Below, piece by piece: positions 7,856 through 17,784 of a stretch of 64,000 nucleotides of DNA. Below the pieces are notes generated by a model. The model searched no databases and was not told the origin of the DNA. It saw only the letters and a list, made by a program, of their open reading frames with translations. The stretch lies in assembly GCA_038063815.1 (NCBI GenBank), contig JBBTUJ010000002.1:70511-134510 (forward strand). The letters are read 5' to 3'. The DNA comes from Patescibacteria group bacterium (lineage in GTDB: Bacteria > Patescibacteriota > Minisyncoccia > Phycocordibacterales > EsbW-18). The translations under genes and the position numbers were made by a program. Positions within the stretch are counted from its first letter, which is position 1. The number at the start of each line of letters is the position of its first letter.

Positions 7856-9211
7856 AGACATTTTTTGGCCTTCTTCTGTGTCTTTTACGGCAAAACCAGC
7901 ATCTTCAATTTTTATGCGGATTTCATCTGCAAGGGCCCAGTCCTTTTTATTTCGTGCGTTCTCACGGTCTTTTAGAAGTTTTTGAACATCATCAGGAACC
8001 GTAACGTTTTCTTGTCGCGCCATATCGAGACCGAGAACGCTGTCGAAGAGGAGTGCTGTTTCTTTTTTATCCGCCGGAGAAACATTTTCGTCTCGAATCA
8101 TATCCCACAAGACGGCAAGTGCTTGTGGTGTGCCTAAGTCATCAAAAATCGCTTCATCAAATTGTTTCTTGTATTCAGGTGAGACACTTCCGCCAGTAGG
8201 AAGTCCAGAAACATTCTCACGCAATCGGAGAAGCGCGGTCTCGGCTGCCTGAAGCGCTTCCCATGTGAAATTGAGAGAACTTCTGTAGTGTGCTCCGAGA
8301 GCAAGGTACCGAAGAGCAAGGGGCTCAAGTCCTTTGTCTTGTATATCGCGAAGCGTAATTTGGTTACCCTTCGATTTCGCAATCTTTTCATCAGCAATAT
8401 TCAAGAATGCGTTGTGAAGCCAAAACCGGACGAACTGTTTTCCTGTCGCACCTTCTGATTGTGCGATTTCATTATTATGGTGAACAGGAATGTGATCGAT
8501 GCCCCCCGTGTGAATGTCAAATGTCTCACCAAGGTATTTCATGCTCATTGCGGAGCACTCGATGTGCCACCCCGGGAATCCTTTTCCCCAAGGACTCTCC
8601 CATCCAAGTTCATTGTTAAATTTCCAAAGAGCAAAATCACGCGGACTTTCTTTTTCTGTGTTTTCGGCAACACGAGCAACACTTTCGTCTACTTCTGTAA
8701 TACCGCCCAATGCGCCGTATTTGGGATACCGAGAGGTTGCGAAGTATACTCCGTCTTTTGTTACGTACGTCAGATCCTTTTCTTCGAGTCGCTTGATAAC
8801 GTCAATTTGCTCTGCAATATGCTCGCTTGCGCGGGGGAGCACGTGTGGACGTAGGATGTTGAGAGCCGCGAGGTTTTCGATAAATGCGTCAGTGTATTTG
8901 GTCGCAAGGTCATACATACCCTCACGTGTTACCGGCAATCCTTCGCGCTTCAAACCCTTCATCATTTTATCTTCGCCGGTATCTGCATCTGAGGTGAGAT
9001 GGCCAACGTCGGTGATATTCATGACCTGTGTTACATCAAAACCTGCATGTTCTAGGGCGCGTCGTAATGTATCAGCAAAGATATACGAGCGGAGGTTTCC
9101 GATGTGGACATAGTCATAGACCGTGGGGCCACAGTTATATACCCCGACTTTCTTAGGGGTAAGGGGGACGAACTCCTCTTTTTTCTTTGTGAGCGTGTTG
9201 TATAAAAACAT
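7844..9211 (-). CDS. cysS: cysteine--tRNA ligase
   Basis: 455 aa. CGPTVYDYVHIGN (HIGH), the KIAKSKGN KMSKS-type motif and Cys/His zinc ligands. Confidence 0.9.
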   Translation of the reverse strand: MFLYNTLTKKKEEFVPLTPKKVGVYNCGPTVYDYVHIGNLRSYIFADTLRRALEHAGFDVTQVMNITDVGHLTSDADTGEDKMMKGLKREGLPVTREGMYDLATKYTDAFIENLAALNILRPHVLPRASEHIAEQIDVIKRLEEKDLTYVTKDGVYFATSRYPKYGALGGITEVDESVARVAENTEKESPRDFALWKFNNELGWESPWGKGFPGWHIECSAMSMKYLGETFDIHTGGIDHIPVHHNNEIAQSEGATGKQFVRFWLHNAFLNIADEKIAKSKGNQITLRDIQDKGLEPLALRYLALGAHYRSSLNFTWEALQAAETALLRLRENVSGLPTGGSVSPEYKKQFDEAIFDDLGTPQALAVLWDMIRDENVSPADKKETALLFDSVLGLDMARQENVTVPDDVQKLLKDRENARNKKDWALADEIRIKIEDAGFAVKDTEEGQKMSQKR

Positions 9212-9219
9212 TCTTCGGA

Positions 9220-10479
9220 TTGCGTGCTTTGTTTGTATTGTACTTCATGGGATACTTGAGTGCTATGACAGGGAAAAGGGGATTCGTGCGTTCAAACATG
9301 ACCTACATCGGCGTAGGTGTTCTTATTTTTGTCGCCGGATTTTTTGCGGGACAGCAGCACATCCCAGCAAGTGACCGGGTAGATGATGTCTATAACATGG
9401 GCGCAGGGAAGCCGGAGGCGGTTGATTTTGAACCATTTTGGAAAGCGTGGAAATTGATCGATGAAAAATACATCGGAACGGAAGAGGTAACGCCGCAAGA
9501 AAAAGTGTGGGGCGCAATCGAAGGGCTCGCGGATTCTCTTGGTGATCCCTACACGGTCTTTCTGCCTCCCGAAGAAGCCGAAATGTTTGCAGAACTCATC
9601 GAAGGATCATTCGGTGGTGTCGGAATGGAAATTGGTGAGAAGGAAGGATTCCTTGTTGTGATTGCGCCATTAAAAAACACACCAGCTGAACGTGTAGGCA
9701 TCAGGGCGGGAGACATTATCGTTTCGATCGAGGAGATGCCGACGGACGATCTTTCTGTTGATGAGGCAGTTGATCTTATACGCGGAGAACCAGGGACAAC
9801 GGTTACCCTCGAGCTTCTCTCCGATGGGGCTACTGCCATCCGTGAGGTGACCGTAACTCGGGAAGAAATTGTCATTCCGACACTCAATGCCGAACTGCGT
9901 TCCGATGGCATCTTTGTCATATCACTCTACAACTTTGACGCGCAGGCAGCAGGACATTTTAAAGATGCGATGCAGGAATATGCACAAAGTGGTGCAACAA
10001 AGATGATTCTTGATGTGCGCGGGAATCCAGGAGGATTTTTGGATGCCGCGGTCTCAATCGCAAGTTACTTTGTGCCGCAAGGCGAAGTCGTTGTCCGTGA
10101 ATCAATGGATGGAAAAGGTGAGGAAAAAGTGCACCGAAGCAAGGGATACAAGGCAGGGATATTGCCTCAAAAAATGGTTGTTTTAGTCGACAAAGGATCT
10201 GCGTCAGCGGCAGAGATTCTCGCCGGAGCGCTTTCCGAACACGAAATTGCAACACTGATCGGTGAACAAACATTCGGAAAGGGATCCGTGCAGGAACTGG
10301 TTTCGGTGACACCAAATACCGCGCTTAAGATCACTGTTGCACAATGGCTGACGCCGGATGGCACATCGATCTCCAAGGCCGGACTGACACCAGACATCGT
10401 TGTTGAACAAACAATTGACGATATCGTCGCAGAAAAAGATCCGCAGATGGATGCGGCGATTGATTTTCTTTTGAAATAG
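9220..10479 (+). CDS. ctpA: carboxyl-terminal processing protease (S41 family, PDZ-containing)
   Basis: 419 aa. N-terminal TM helix, PDZ region and the S41 motif ILDVRGNPGGFLD. The true start may be a downstream Met. Confidence 0.85.
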   Translation: MRALFVLYFMGYLSAMTGKRGFVRSNMTYIGVGVLIFVAGFFAGQQHIPASDRVDDVYNMGAGKPEAVDFEPFWKAWKLIDEKYIGTEEVTPQEKVWGAIEGLADSLGDPYTVFLPPEEAEMFAELIEGSFGGVGMEIGEKEGFLVVIAPLKNTPAERVGIRAGDIIVSIEEMPTDDLSVDEAVDLIRGEPGTTVTLELLSDGATAIREVTVTREEIVIPTLNAELRSDGIFVISLYNFDAQAAGHFKDAMQEYAQSGATKMILDVRGNPGGFLDAAVSIASYFVPQGEVVVRESMDGKGEEKVHRSKGYKAGILPQKMVVLVDKGSASAAEILAGALSEHEIATLIGEQTFGKGSVQELVSVTPNTALKITVAQWLTPDGTSISKAGLTPDIVVEQTIDDIVAEKDPQMDAAIDFLLK

Positions 10480-10587
10480 GACTTGGGAGAAAAAGACGCC
10501 GAAGCGACGCGCGGGGACGGCTGGGACCGGGCGCGGCGCTTCGGCGGGTGTGCGGGGTGCTGCGGAATCTGGTCGATGTTCGGTGGT

Positions 10588-10884
10588 CTACGCGACCACC
10601 TTCCGAGGTTTCGTTGCATCTGCTTTCTCCTTCTCGATACGGATTTTCTCTCTTTCGAGGAACTCTCTCACTCCTCGACTCAAGGCATCACCGCGGAGGT
10701 TGCTAGGGAAGAGCTTGTTCCCGAAGCTAATCTCCGCAGTATCATCCTCGAATTCGCGTCCGATTGCCGTTACCAAGGGTTCTTCGGAATCGACCCGAGG
10801 TCTACCCTCGACGACCATGAGTGTTTTTCCATGGCGTCGGATGAGAGTATATTCACGCGCCGACCGAAGCTTTTTCGTGTTCAT
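10588..10884 (-). CDS. hypothetical protein (98 aa)
   Basis: Own promoter-like TTGACT...TACAAT and a strong SD GAAGGAGGTG 6 nt upstream of the ATG. A GC-rich hairpin plus T-run lies downstream (10495-10560, minus strand). No family recognised. Confidence 0.45.
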   Translation of the reverse strand: MNTKKLRSAREYTLIRRHGKTLMVVEGRPRVDSEEPLVTAIGREFEDDTAEISFGNKLFPSNLRGDALSRGVREFLEREKIRIEKEKADATKPRKVVA

Positions 10885-11017
10885 GATGTTCGATCACCTC
10901 CTTCTGTTTTTGATTTTCCCCGCACAAGGGAACTATGAACTAGTTGTATTGTATACAGGGAAAAAGAAAGTCAAGAGGTTGTCCTGGTGGGTTTGTATGG
11001 TATAGTTCTTCATTCAT

Positions 11018-11458
11018 ATGGAGATAATTCTTTTAAGAGATGTCGCAAAAATAGGGAAGCGTATGCAGATTTGTAGCGTGTCCGATGGGTACGCAATCAA
11101 TTTTCTTATTCCCAAAGGTCTTGCAAAGGCCGCGACTGCTGGCGCACGAAAAGACCTTGAAACGCAAAAAACAAAAACAGATGCAGAAGCACGGGTTGCC
11201 ACAGAGGCGCTTGCTGTTGATATCAAAAAAGTAGATGGAAAATCAGTAACCCTTCATGAAAAAGCAAATGAGCAAGGACATCTTTTTGCAACAATCCACA
11301 AAAGTGCAATCCAAGCCGCTTTGAACGAGCAACTCGGCGTGTCACTTCCGGAAGATGTGCTTGAAGACAAGGCGATTAAAGAGACCGGAACGCATCCGCT
11401 CCTTCTTCAATCAGAAAACACAAAAGGAACGCTCAACGTTGTTGTTGAAGCGGTGTAA
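11018..11458 (+). CDS. rplI: 50S ribosomal protein L9
   Basis: 146 aa. MEIILLRDVAKIGKRMQICSVSDGYAINFLIPKGLA is typical of bL9. Confidence 0.9.
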   Translation: MEIILLRDVAKIGKRMQICSVSDGYAINFLIPKGLAKAATAGARKDLETQKTKTDAEARVATEALAVDIKKVDGKSVTLHEKANEQGHLFATIHKSAIQAALNEQLGVSLPEDVLEDKAIKETGTHPLLLQSENTKGTLNVVVEAV

Positions 11459-11472
11459 AGAGTAAAGAGCGG

Positions 11473-11745
11473 TTACGAAACACTCACGATCTTCTTTCGA
11501 GATACTTGCCCGTCGTAGCGGGTCTTTCTTTTTGTTTTGAACTCAACTACTCCGTTTGCAAGTGCAAAAAGTGTGTGATCTTTTCCGATACCGACGTTTG
11601 CGCCTGCGAGAACGCGTGTGCCTCGCTGTCTAACGATGATTGCGCCTTGCTTTGCTACGTCTCCGTGCGCGATTTTAACACCCAAGAACTTTGGATTTGA
11701 GTCGCGAAGGTTTTTAGCTGTTCCACCGGCTTTTCTATGTGCCAT
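11473..11745 (-). CDS. rpmA: 50S ribosomal protein L27
   Basis: 90 aa. [24 protein letters not shown] is typical of bL27. It is not adjacent to rplU in this genome. Confidence 0.9.
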   Translation of the reverse strand: MAHRKAGGTAKNLRDSNPKFLGVKIAHGDVAKQGAIIVRQRGTRVLAGANVGIGKDHTLFALANGVVEFKTKRKTRYDGQVSRKKIVSVS

Positions 11746-11790
11746 ACGATTTTATGATTTTTTGAACACCCGTGTGTTTCTGTAAGCCCT

Positions 11791-12213
11791 ATGAAGATAA
11801 CAGATTTTGTTGTCGAAATCAAGCGAAAAGCGGGGGAGAGCCGTCTTCTTGAAACCCTCGGGCTTGGAACCGTTTTAGTTGCCGCATCTGCTGGTTGTTT
11901 TGTCCTGGGACGCATGACAGGACTCAAATCGAGTACGCCGCCGATGAAAATCGCTTATTGCGATACGTTTATACAGAACCAACAACCTTCAACCGACAAC
12001 AAACAACCTGTTTCAGCAGATGTAGCCGGGGATAGGTCGATGGGGCAGGTAAGTGCCATGTCAGGAGGCGTTGTGGGGTCTCTTCATGGGACCAAATGGC
12101 ACTACCCCTGGTGTCCCGGTGCACAAACGATCAAAGAAGAAAATAAAGTGTGGTTTGCATCAGAAAAAGAAGCCGAAGCCGCAGGATATTCAAAAGCGGG
12201 GAATTGTAAATGA
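11791..12213 (+). CDS. hypothetical membrane-anchored protein with a C-terminal Cys/His metal-binding-like domain (WHYPWCP...WFASEKEAEAAGY...C)
   Basis: 140 aa. One TM helix, and a C-terminal motif resembling Ada-like/sunset-type zinc-binding domains. Confidence 0.45.
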   Translation: MKITDFVVEIKRKAGESRLLETLGLGTVLVAASAGCFVLGRMTGLKSSTPPMKIAYCDTFIQNQQPSTDNKQPVSADVAGDRSMGQVSAMSGGVVGSLHGTKWHYPWCPGAQTIKEENKVWFASEKEAEAAGYSKAGNCK

Positions 12214-12340
12214 GGTGGGTCTTCAGTGGTGGGGAGTGGCTGTGGTTTAATTATACTAACGTCGCACAATGTATCTTTGCGACATGTTATATAGGCATCA
12301 AAAGGGGTCCTTAAAACATGCCTAAAAGATAAAGGACAAG

Positions 12341-12628
12341 TTAATAGGACTCCATCAATGCGCTTGGACCGCCGCCGTTTTGGATATCACCTAAACCATC
12401 AAGAAAAAGTTGCCAGAGGAACTTCAAAATGTGTTCATAGACCCATGATGCGGGTCCTGCGAGGTATGTTTGCCACACGTGGACTTTGAGTTCCCATGCA
12501 TATGCGAGATTATCTTGCACATTAGGCGATGAAAGGATCTCTCGGATATTCAAACCGAAGTACCCGATAGCAATCAAGGCGATGACGATAATGAGAATGA
12601 TTTGGAGGAAACCTCTGCGCGCGTTCAT
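12341..12628 (-). CDS. hypothetical small membrane protein
   Basis: Start placed at MNARRGF. The longer ORF to 12685 would translate the repeat element. One TM helix. Confidence 0.4.
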   Translation of the reverse strand: MNARRGFLQIILIIVIALIAIGYFGLNIREILSSPNVQDNLAYAWELKVHVWQTYLAGPASWVYEHILKFLWQLFLDGLGDIQNGGGPSALMESY

Positions 12629-12636
12629 GTGCTTCA

Positions 12637-12778
12637 AGTATACCCGCACACTAACTTTTACATTATTGCTGCGGTGGATAAACAACTTTCTCTAAAAATG
12701 TAACCAAAACGTTATTTTCGAGTCAGATTTTAAAATTGAAACAAAATCGCCATGTAAAAGTTAGTGTGCGGGTATGCA
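12637..12778. repeat. inverted-repeat element, locus 1: perfect 24-bp arms ATACCCGCACACTAACTTTTACAT flanking an 88-bp spacer
   Basis: Arms at 12637-12663 and 12752-12778 are reverse complements. The same arm family occurs at 43890-44035, 45258-45364 and 62640-62688. Confidence 0.65.
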
Positions 12779-12783
12779 CGATT

Positions 12784-14112
12784 CTAAATATTTGGCAGGT
12801 ATGAAAGTGGATTAAGATACGCTTCGTACGGTGCGTACGCGATCGAGGTGTTCTTGCAGCCAATACTCCATGTGAATTTGTCGATTTTAACGGCGTCGCG
12901 GTCAAATATCGTAAAGTGTAAGTGTGGTCCCGTTGCATATCCCGTTGAACCCGCATATCCGATGATGGCACCTTTCTTAACGTAATCCCCTGCCACAACG
13001 CTTATAACGGAGAGATGGGCATATAAGGAAGAGAGTCCGTTGTCGTGGTCAACAAGGATCCATTTGCCGTATGAGTAACACCCGGGTGACTTATCCATAT
13101 CAACCGCGCCCCTGACTGTGCCTGGTGCTGTGGCGAGGACCGGCGTTCCAACAGACGCCTGAAAATCAACGCCGCGGTGTGGGTTCGGGTTTCCACTTTT
13201 GTCATATCCGTAGGCACCACCACGCGCGAAAGATGTTAGTCCGAATCCTTGGGTCAAAGAAGGATTCTCCACCGGCCATCCAAGAACAGCACTTCCCTCC
13301 TGAGGCAATTTTGACGGGTCAAGAACATAGGCAAGTTTTGATTCATATTCCTGAAGTTCGCTTTCGATTGCTGCGCGTGCCTGTTGTTTTTGAACAAGAA
13401 GTTGTTGGTACTCAGTTTCCTTGTTCTTTGTAACGGAAAGAATAGTGTCTTTTGCGCGTTTGTTTTCATCAACGACTTGTTGCTGCCCTTTAAGTTTTGA
13501 TTTAAACGCAGAGAGATTCTCATGCTCGGCCTGTTCTTTTCGTTCCTTTTCCTCAAGTTCAGATTTGTGGCCGCGCAATTCAACAAGCTGTGTCGCAATC
13601 GTTTCTTGTACGACTTCCATCTGATCGAGTTCGAGCCATAAATCCGAAAGCGACTCGTACGCGAGAACTGTTTCGATAAGCGATTGATTGTCTGCTTCCT
13701 CAAGTGTTCGAAGTGCGTTCGCAAGGATACTACTGTTTCGTTCGATTTTTACCTCCTTGTCGTCAATTGCGATACCAATTTCTTCAATACTGTATTGTGT
13801 TTGTTTGATTCTATTTTCCGTCACCTTGATATCAGAGAGAAGTTTTTGGCGCGTCAGGTTGAGTTCGCGGATTGCCGCTTCGAGTGTTCCGCGCTCCGCG
13901 CCGACTTTTGTGAGATCTCTTTCAAGCGCTTTGATACTTTCGTTGAGCGTGTTGATTTCCCGCTCTTTTTCTTCAATTTTATCTCGAAGTTCATCCGCTG
14001 TTTCAGCCCGGACTATATTCGGGATGAGCATGTATGAGAACACACACAAAAAAACAAACGCAAAAATATATTTTGAATACGACATGTGATTATGCGAGAA
14101 GCGAAATTGCAT
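12784..14112 (-). CDS. M23 family metallopeptidase with N-terminal coiled-coil (EnvC-like)
   Basis: 442 aa. Long coiled-coil, then HRGVDFQA...GYAGSTGYATGPHLHF, the M23 signature. Confidence 0.8.
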   Translation of the reverse strand: MQFRFSHNHMSYSKYIFAFVFLCVFSYMLIPNIVRAETADELRDKIEEKEREINTLNESIKALERDLTKVGAERGTLEAAIRELNLTRQKLLSDIKVTENRIKQTQYSIEEIGIAIDDKEVKIERNSSILANALRTLEEADNQSLIETVLAYESLSDLWLELDQMEVVQETIATQLVELRGHKSELEEKERKEQAEHENLSAFKSKLKGQQQVVDENKRAKDTILSVTKNKETEYQQLLVQKQQARAAIESELQEYESKLAYVLDPSKLPQEGSAVLGWPVENPSLTQGFGLTSFARGGAYGYDKSGNPNPHRGVDFQASVGTPVLATAPGTVRGAVDMDKSPGCYSYGKWILVDHDNGLSSLYAHLSVISVVAGDYVKKGAIIGYAGSTGYATGPHLHFTIFDRDAVKIDKFTWSIGCKNTSIAYAPYEAYLNPLSYLPNI

Positions 14113-15436
14113 TTCGAAGGCGTTTTAAGGTCCTTTCTTTTCCGAGCATTCCGGCGACGGTGAACGGGTCTGGGGACTTGTCCTTGCCTGTTAAAGCCAT
14201 CCTAAAAGGCCATAAAACGCTTCCCCTGCCCTTTTCTTCGGCATATGGCCATATGCTCGCTTTGATGCTTTCTGTGTTAAATTCGGCTTCAGATACTTTT
14301 TCAATATATTCTTTGACTTTCGTCAAGTGCTCTCGTGCGGCCTCGCGGGTTTCTTCTTTCCAAACAAGTTTTCCTGGGTCAACGACGGGCTCTTCCAGGA
14401 GATAACTGAATTCTCCGCTCTCCCATAATTCTGTTACATCTCCCCATGTGTGGATGCGGTCGATAATAAGAGGAAGAACTGTATCGAGCATCTTTTCATC
14501 AATATCTTTCGGAAGAAACTCAAGAAGCCCCCTCTTTTGCTTCTCTGCACCCATTTTCTTTATATATTCTTTGTTGATCCAGTTTAATTTTTGCACATTG
14601 AATACCGCTCCTCCCTTCTGCACTTTCTCAAACGAAAATTCTTGTATGAGATCATCGAGCGACAACATCTCTCGATCACCCCCCGGGTTCCATCCGAGAA
14701 GAGCAACAAAGTTTATGATCGCTTCAGGCAAGTATCCTTTTTTTCGATAGTACGCGAGCGAAACGACCTCTCCGTGTTTTCGTTTCGAGAGTTTTGATTT
14801 GTCGTCTGCCAACACCAAAGGTAAGTGCGCATATATCGGGCGTGTTCCACCAAGCGCTTCAAGAATCAAAATTTGTCGCGGAGTGTTCGAAGTATGATCT
14901 TCTCCGCGAATGACATGGGTGACACCGGAGAGCATATCGTCAACAACAACGGTCATGTGATACACGGGCTCGTCTGTGTTCCGAGCGATGATGAAGTCCT
15001 CTAGGTCTGTTGTATCAACAGAAATCTCTCCGCGGATGAGATCAGTGAACGTGATCGCCCCGTTCGGATTCTTGAAACGGACCACCTTCCCCTTCCCTGT
15101 TGTCGAATCCTCGGCTTCATATGCCTTTCCCTCTGCAATGAGACGATGAAGGTGTTCTTTGTATATTTCGGTTCGCTCTGACTGACGCGGAACGTCGGTG
15201 TTGTCAGGCGGGAGGCCAAGCCACACAAGTCCTGAATAGAGTTCTTCCTCAAATTCTTTCTTACTCCGCTCTTTATCTGTGTCTTCAAGTCGGAAAAGGA
15301 ACTCCCCCTTATTTTGTTTAGCAAAAATATAATTAAAAAGCGCCGTTCGGACACCTCCCATATGGAAAAGTCCTGTTGGCGAGGGCGGAAATCGCGTCAC
15401 AACCTTTGTCATGACATCAGTATAGCAGATTTTCAC
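14090..15436 (-). CDS. gltX: glutamate--tRNA ligase
   Basis: 448 aa. RFPPSPTGLFHMGG (HIGH) and KLSKR (KMSKS). Overlaps the downstream gene by 23 nt. Confidence 0.9.
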   Translation of the reverse strand: MKICYTDVMTKVVTRFPPSPTGLFHMGGVRTALFNYIFAKQNKGEFLFRLEDTDKERSKKEFEEELYSGLVWLGLPPDNTDVPRQSERTEIYKEHLHRLIAEGKAYEAEDSTTGKGKVVRFKNPNGAITFTDLIRGEISVDTTDLEDFIIARNTDEPVYHMTVVVDDMLSGVTHVIRGEDHTSNTPRQILILEALGGTRPIYAHLPLVLADDKSKLSKRKHGEVVSLAYYRKKGYLPEAIINFVALLGWNPGGDREMLSLDDLIQEFSFEKVQKGGAVFNVQKLNWINKEYIKKMGAEKQKRGLLEFLPKDIDEKMLDTVLPLIIDRIHTWGDVTELWESGEFSYLLEEPVVDPGKLVWKEETREAAREHLTKVKEYIEKVSEAEFNTESIKASIWPYAEEKGRGSVLWPFRMALTGKDKSPDPFTVAGMLGKERTLKRLRNAISLLA

Positions 15437-15458
15437 TGCATTTTGTCTCAGAATAGTC

Positions 15459-16613
15459 CTATTTTTCGTGCTCTAGGGCCAAATCGAGGACTTCGCGGGC
15501 GATCTTTTCAGCGGCGTCAGGGCGCGCAAATGCTTTCGCGGCCTCCTTCATTCGTTTGCGCTCCTCCGGGTCGTTCAAGAGGCGCGTGATCTCGGAAACG
15601 ATGAGATGTGGAGTGAGATTCGCTTGTTCTATGACGAGCGCGCCGCCGTGACGAGCGTACGCGAATGCGTTGCTTCTCTGATCACGGCTCACATCTTCAG
15701 GAATAGGAACGATCAAAGACGGTGTCCCCCACGTGGCAATCTCAAAAATCGCGTTTGACCCCGCTCGGGAGATGATGATATCTGCAACGCCGGCGATCAT
15801 GCGTATCGCGAGAACATTCAAGTACGCGAACGGTTTGTACCTCTCTTTGAATTCATTTCCTTCGATGACTGTTTTTGCTGACTCCTTCACGATCTCAAAG
15901 TGATCCTTTCCTGTTTGGTGGATGACATACGCGAGAGGCAAAAGTTCCGGAAGTGCTTCGATAATCGCTTCGTTAATGGTTTGTGCACCTTGCGAGCCCC
16001 CAAAGACAGCGATAATAGGAAGGCCCGCTTCGATGTCCAAGAATTCACGTGCACCGCTCTCGGCAGGTGTCAGGAGTTCTTTCCGAACGGGATTCCCTGT
16101 CAAAGCGATTGTTGCTTTTTTGTTTCTTGTGTCCGTTATTTTTTTAAATGCTTCACCTGCTTCCGGATATGAAATCGCGATACGCTTTGCAAAACGTGCC
16201 GCCCATGCATTTGCTCGTCCTGGTACGCTATCTGATTCGTGGATGATGACAGGAATGCCAAAGAGTCGTGCCGCAAAGAGAACGGGCACACTTACGTATC
16301 CTCCCTTACTGAAGATGACATCAGGAAAAATGAAAAAGAGACGAATCGTTGTCTGGAAGATTCCCCACGCCGTTTTGAATTTGTCGAAGAAATTCTTTAT
16401 CGAGCGATAATTACGTTGCTTCCCTGCCGGTGCGTATACGAATGTGATTCCTTGCTCAAAAAGCACATCCCGATCGTATTCGTTCGGAGCCATGTAGATG
16501 AGTTCGGGGTCAAGAAGATGCTCCTTTTGCGCGATCTCGCGTATCCGCTGTGCGACCGCTATTAAAGGATAAAAATGACCTCCTGAACCGCCACCTGTAA
16601 GAACAATTTTCAT
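15459..16613 (-). CDS. murG: undecaprenyldiphospho-muramoylpentapeptide beta-N-acetylglucosaminyltransferase
   Basis: 384 aa. MKIVLTGGGSGGHFYPLIAV glycine-rich N-terminus, GT-B fold. Confidence 0.9.
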   Translation of the reverse strand: MKIVLTGGGSGGHFYPLIAVAQRIREIAQKEHLLDPELIYMAPNEYDRDVLFEQGITFVYAPAGKQRNYRSIKNFFDKFKTAWGIFQTTIRLFFIFPDVIFSKGGYVSVPVLFAARLFGIPVIIHESDSVPGRANAWAARFAKRIAISYPEAGEAFKKITDTRNKKATIALTGNPVRKELLTPAESGAREFLDIEAGLPIIAVFGGSQGAQTINEAIIEALPELLPLAYVIHQTGKDHFEIVKESAKTVIEGNEFKERYKPFAYLNVLAIRMIAGVADIIISRAGSNAIFEIATWGTPSLIVPIPEDVSRDQRSNAFAYARHGGALVIEQANLTPHLIVSEITRLLNDPEERKRMKEAAKAFARPDAAEKIAREVLDLALEHEK

Positions 16614-16649
16614 ACGCTGTGTTGTGTCTTCAGTTTATCACGGAAATCT

Positions 16650-17753
16650 CTATGCGGGCGCTCCCAATCGGACGTGTTTTGAGATATTCAGAATGATGCC
16701 GGTTGCAGCAAGCGCTATCACCAGAGATGACCCTCCTTGGCTCACAAACACCAACGGGTCACCCGTCAAAGGTACGACACCGAGCATCGAGCCGATGTTC
16801 ATAAACGATTGCCCCACGATCATTGTTGCAAACCCGACTACCACAAGGCGCGCGAATGTCGTCGGTGCATGAATCCCGATTCGATATCCGCGTAATAGGA
16901 ATGCAAGAAAGAGAAGGATAAGAACGGTGCTACCGACGAAGCCCCATTCCTCCGCGAACACTGCGAAGATAGAATCACCGACTGGCTCGGGAAGAAAATT
17001 AAATTTCTGAACGCTCTGTCCAAATCCTTTTCCAAAGATTTCTCCTGAGCCGATAGCAATCAGTGACTGCTTGAGTTGGTATGACGATCCTTGTTGATCA
17101 TGTTGAGGATTGAGGAACGTCACCACACGCTCTTTGATATAGGGCACCGATGTTCCAAGAATAACGAGACCGAGTACGCCCGTTAAAACGAGTGTGCCAA
17201 TATGTTTCCATGAACCACCCGCAACGATGTACATGACGCCACCAGTTACTGCAATAACAATGACGGTTCCGTAGTCGGGTTGGAACGCGAGGATTGCCGC
17301 ACATACCACAAGAAGTGTCACAACAGGTCCTAAGCCGCATGCCCATGTCGAGACCTTTGTCTTTACCATCGAGTACCATGCGGCGAGATAGAGGACGAAT
17401 CCGAACTTCATGAATTCTGCCGGTTGAAATGACAGGGTGCCGATAGAAAGCCAGCGGCGTGCGCCTGCGTGTTCAAATCCGAACCAGGGTGTGAAGACAA
17501 GAAGTGTCGCGATGATACTCAAAAGGAAAATGAAGAACGAATACCGGTGCCAAAACGTGTATGGAATGCGTGAGGTGAAGTACAAAAGAACAAGGCCGAT
17601 GACAAGTGACACGCCCTGATTTACTGCGATCGAGGAAAAATGCCCCGTTTCGCGCGCGAGAAGCCCCAAGGATGCTGAAATAAAGATAAAAAAACCCGCG
17701 CCCGTGAGGATGAGTGTGAGAGTCAAAAATGTCTTGTCAATCCGCGCTCGCAT
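16650..17753 (-). CDS. ftsW: SEDS family cell-division/elongation protein (FtsW/RodA)
   Basis: 367 aa polytopic membrane protein in the dcw neighbourhood between mraY and murG. Confidence 0.8.
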   Translation of the reverse strand: MRARIDKTFLTLTLILTGAGFFIFISASLGLLARETGHFSSIAVNQGVSLVIGLVLLYFTSRIPYTFWHRYSFFIFLLSIIATLLVFTPWFGFEHAGARRWLSIGTLSFQPAEFMKFGFVLYLAAWYSMVKTKVSTWACGLGPVVTLLVVCAAILAFQPDYGTVIVIAVTGGVMYIVAGGSWKHIGTLVLTGVLGLVILGTSVPYIKERVVTFLNPQHDQQGSSYQLKQSLIAIGSGEIFGKGFGQSVQKFNFLPEPVGDSIFAVFAEEWGFVGSTVLILLFLAFLLRGYRIGIHAPTTFARLVVVGFATMIVGQSFMNIGSMLGVVPLTGDPLVFVSQGGSSLVIALAATGIILNISKHVRLGAPA

Positions 17754-17784
17754 TCCTCGTATGGTAGCACGTTACACTCACGCC

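Noticed and set aside
12629-12685. Upstream extension of the 12341 membrane protein (MFIHRSNNVKVSVRVYLKH...)
   Set aside because: These residues are simply the translation of the inverted-repeat arm. A downstream Met at 12628 is the more plausible start.
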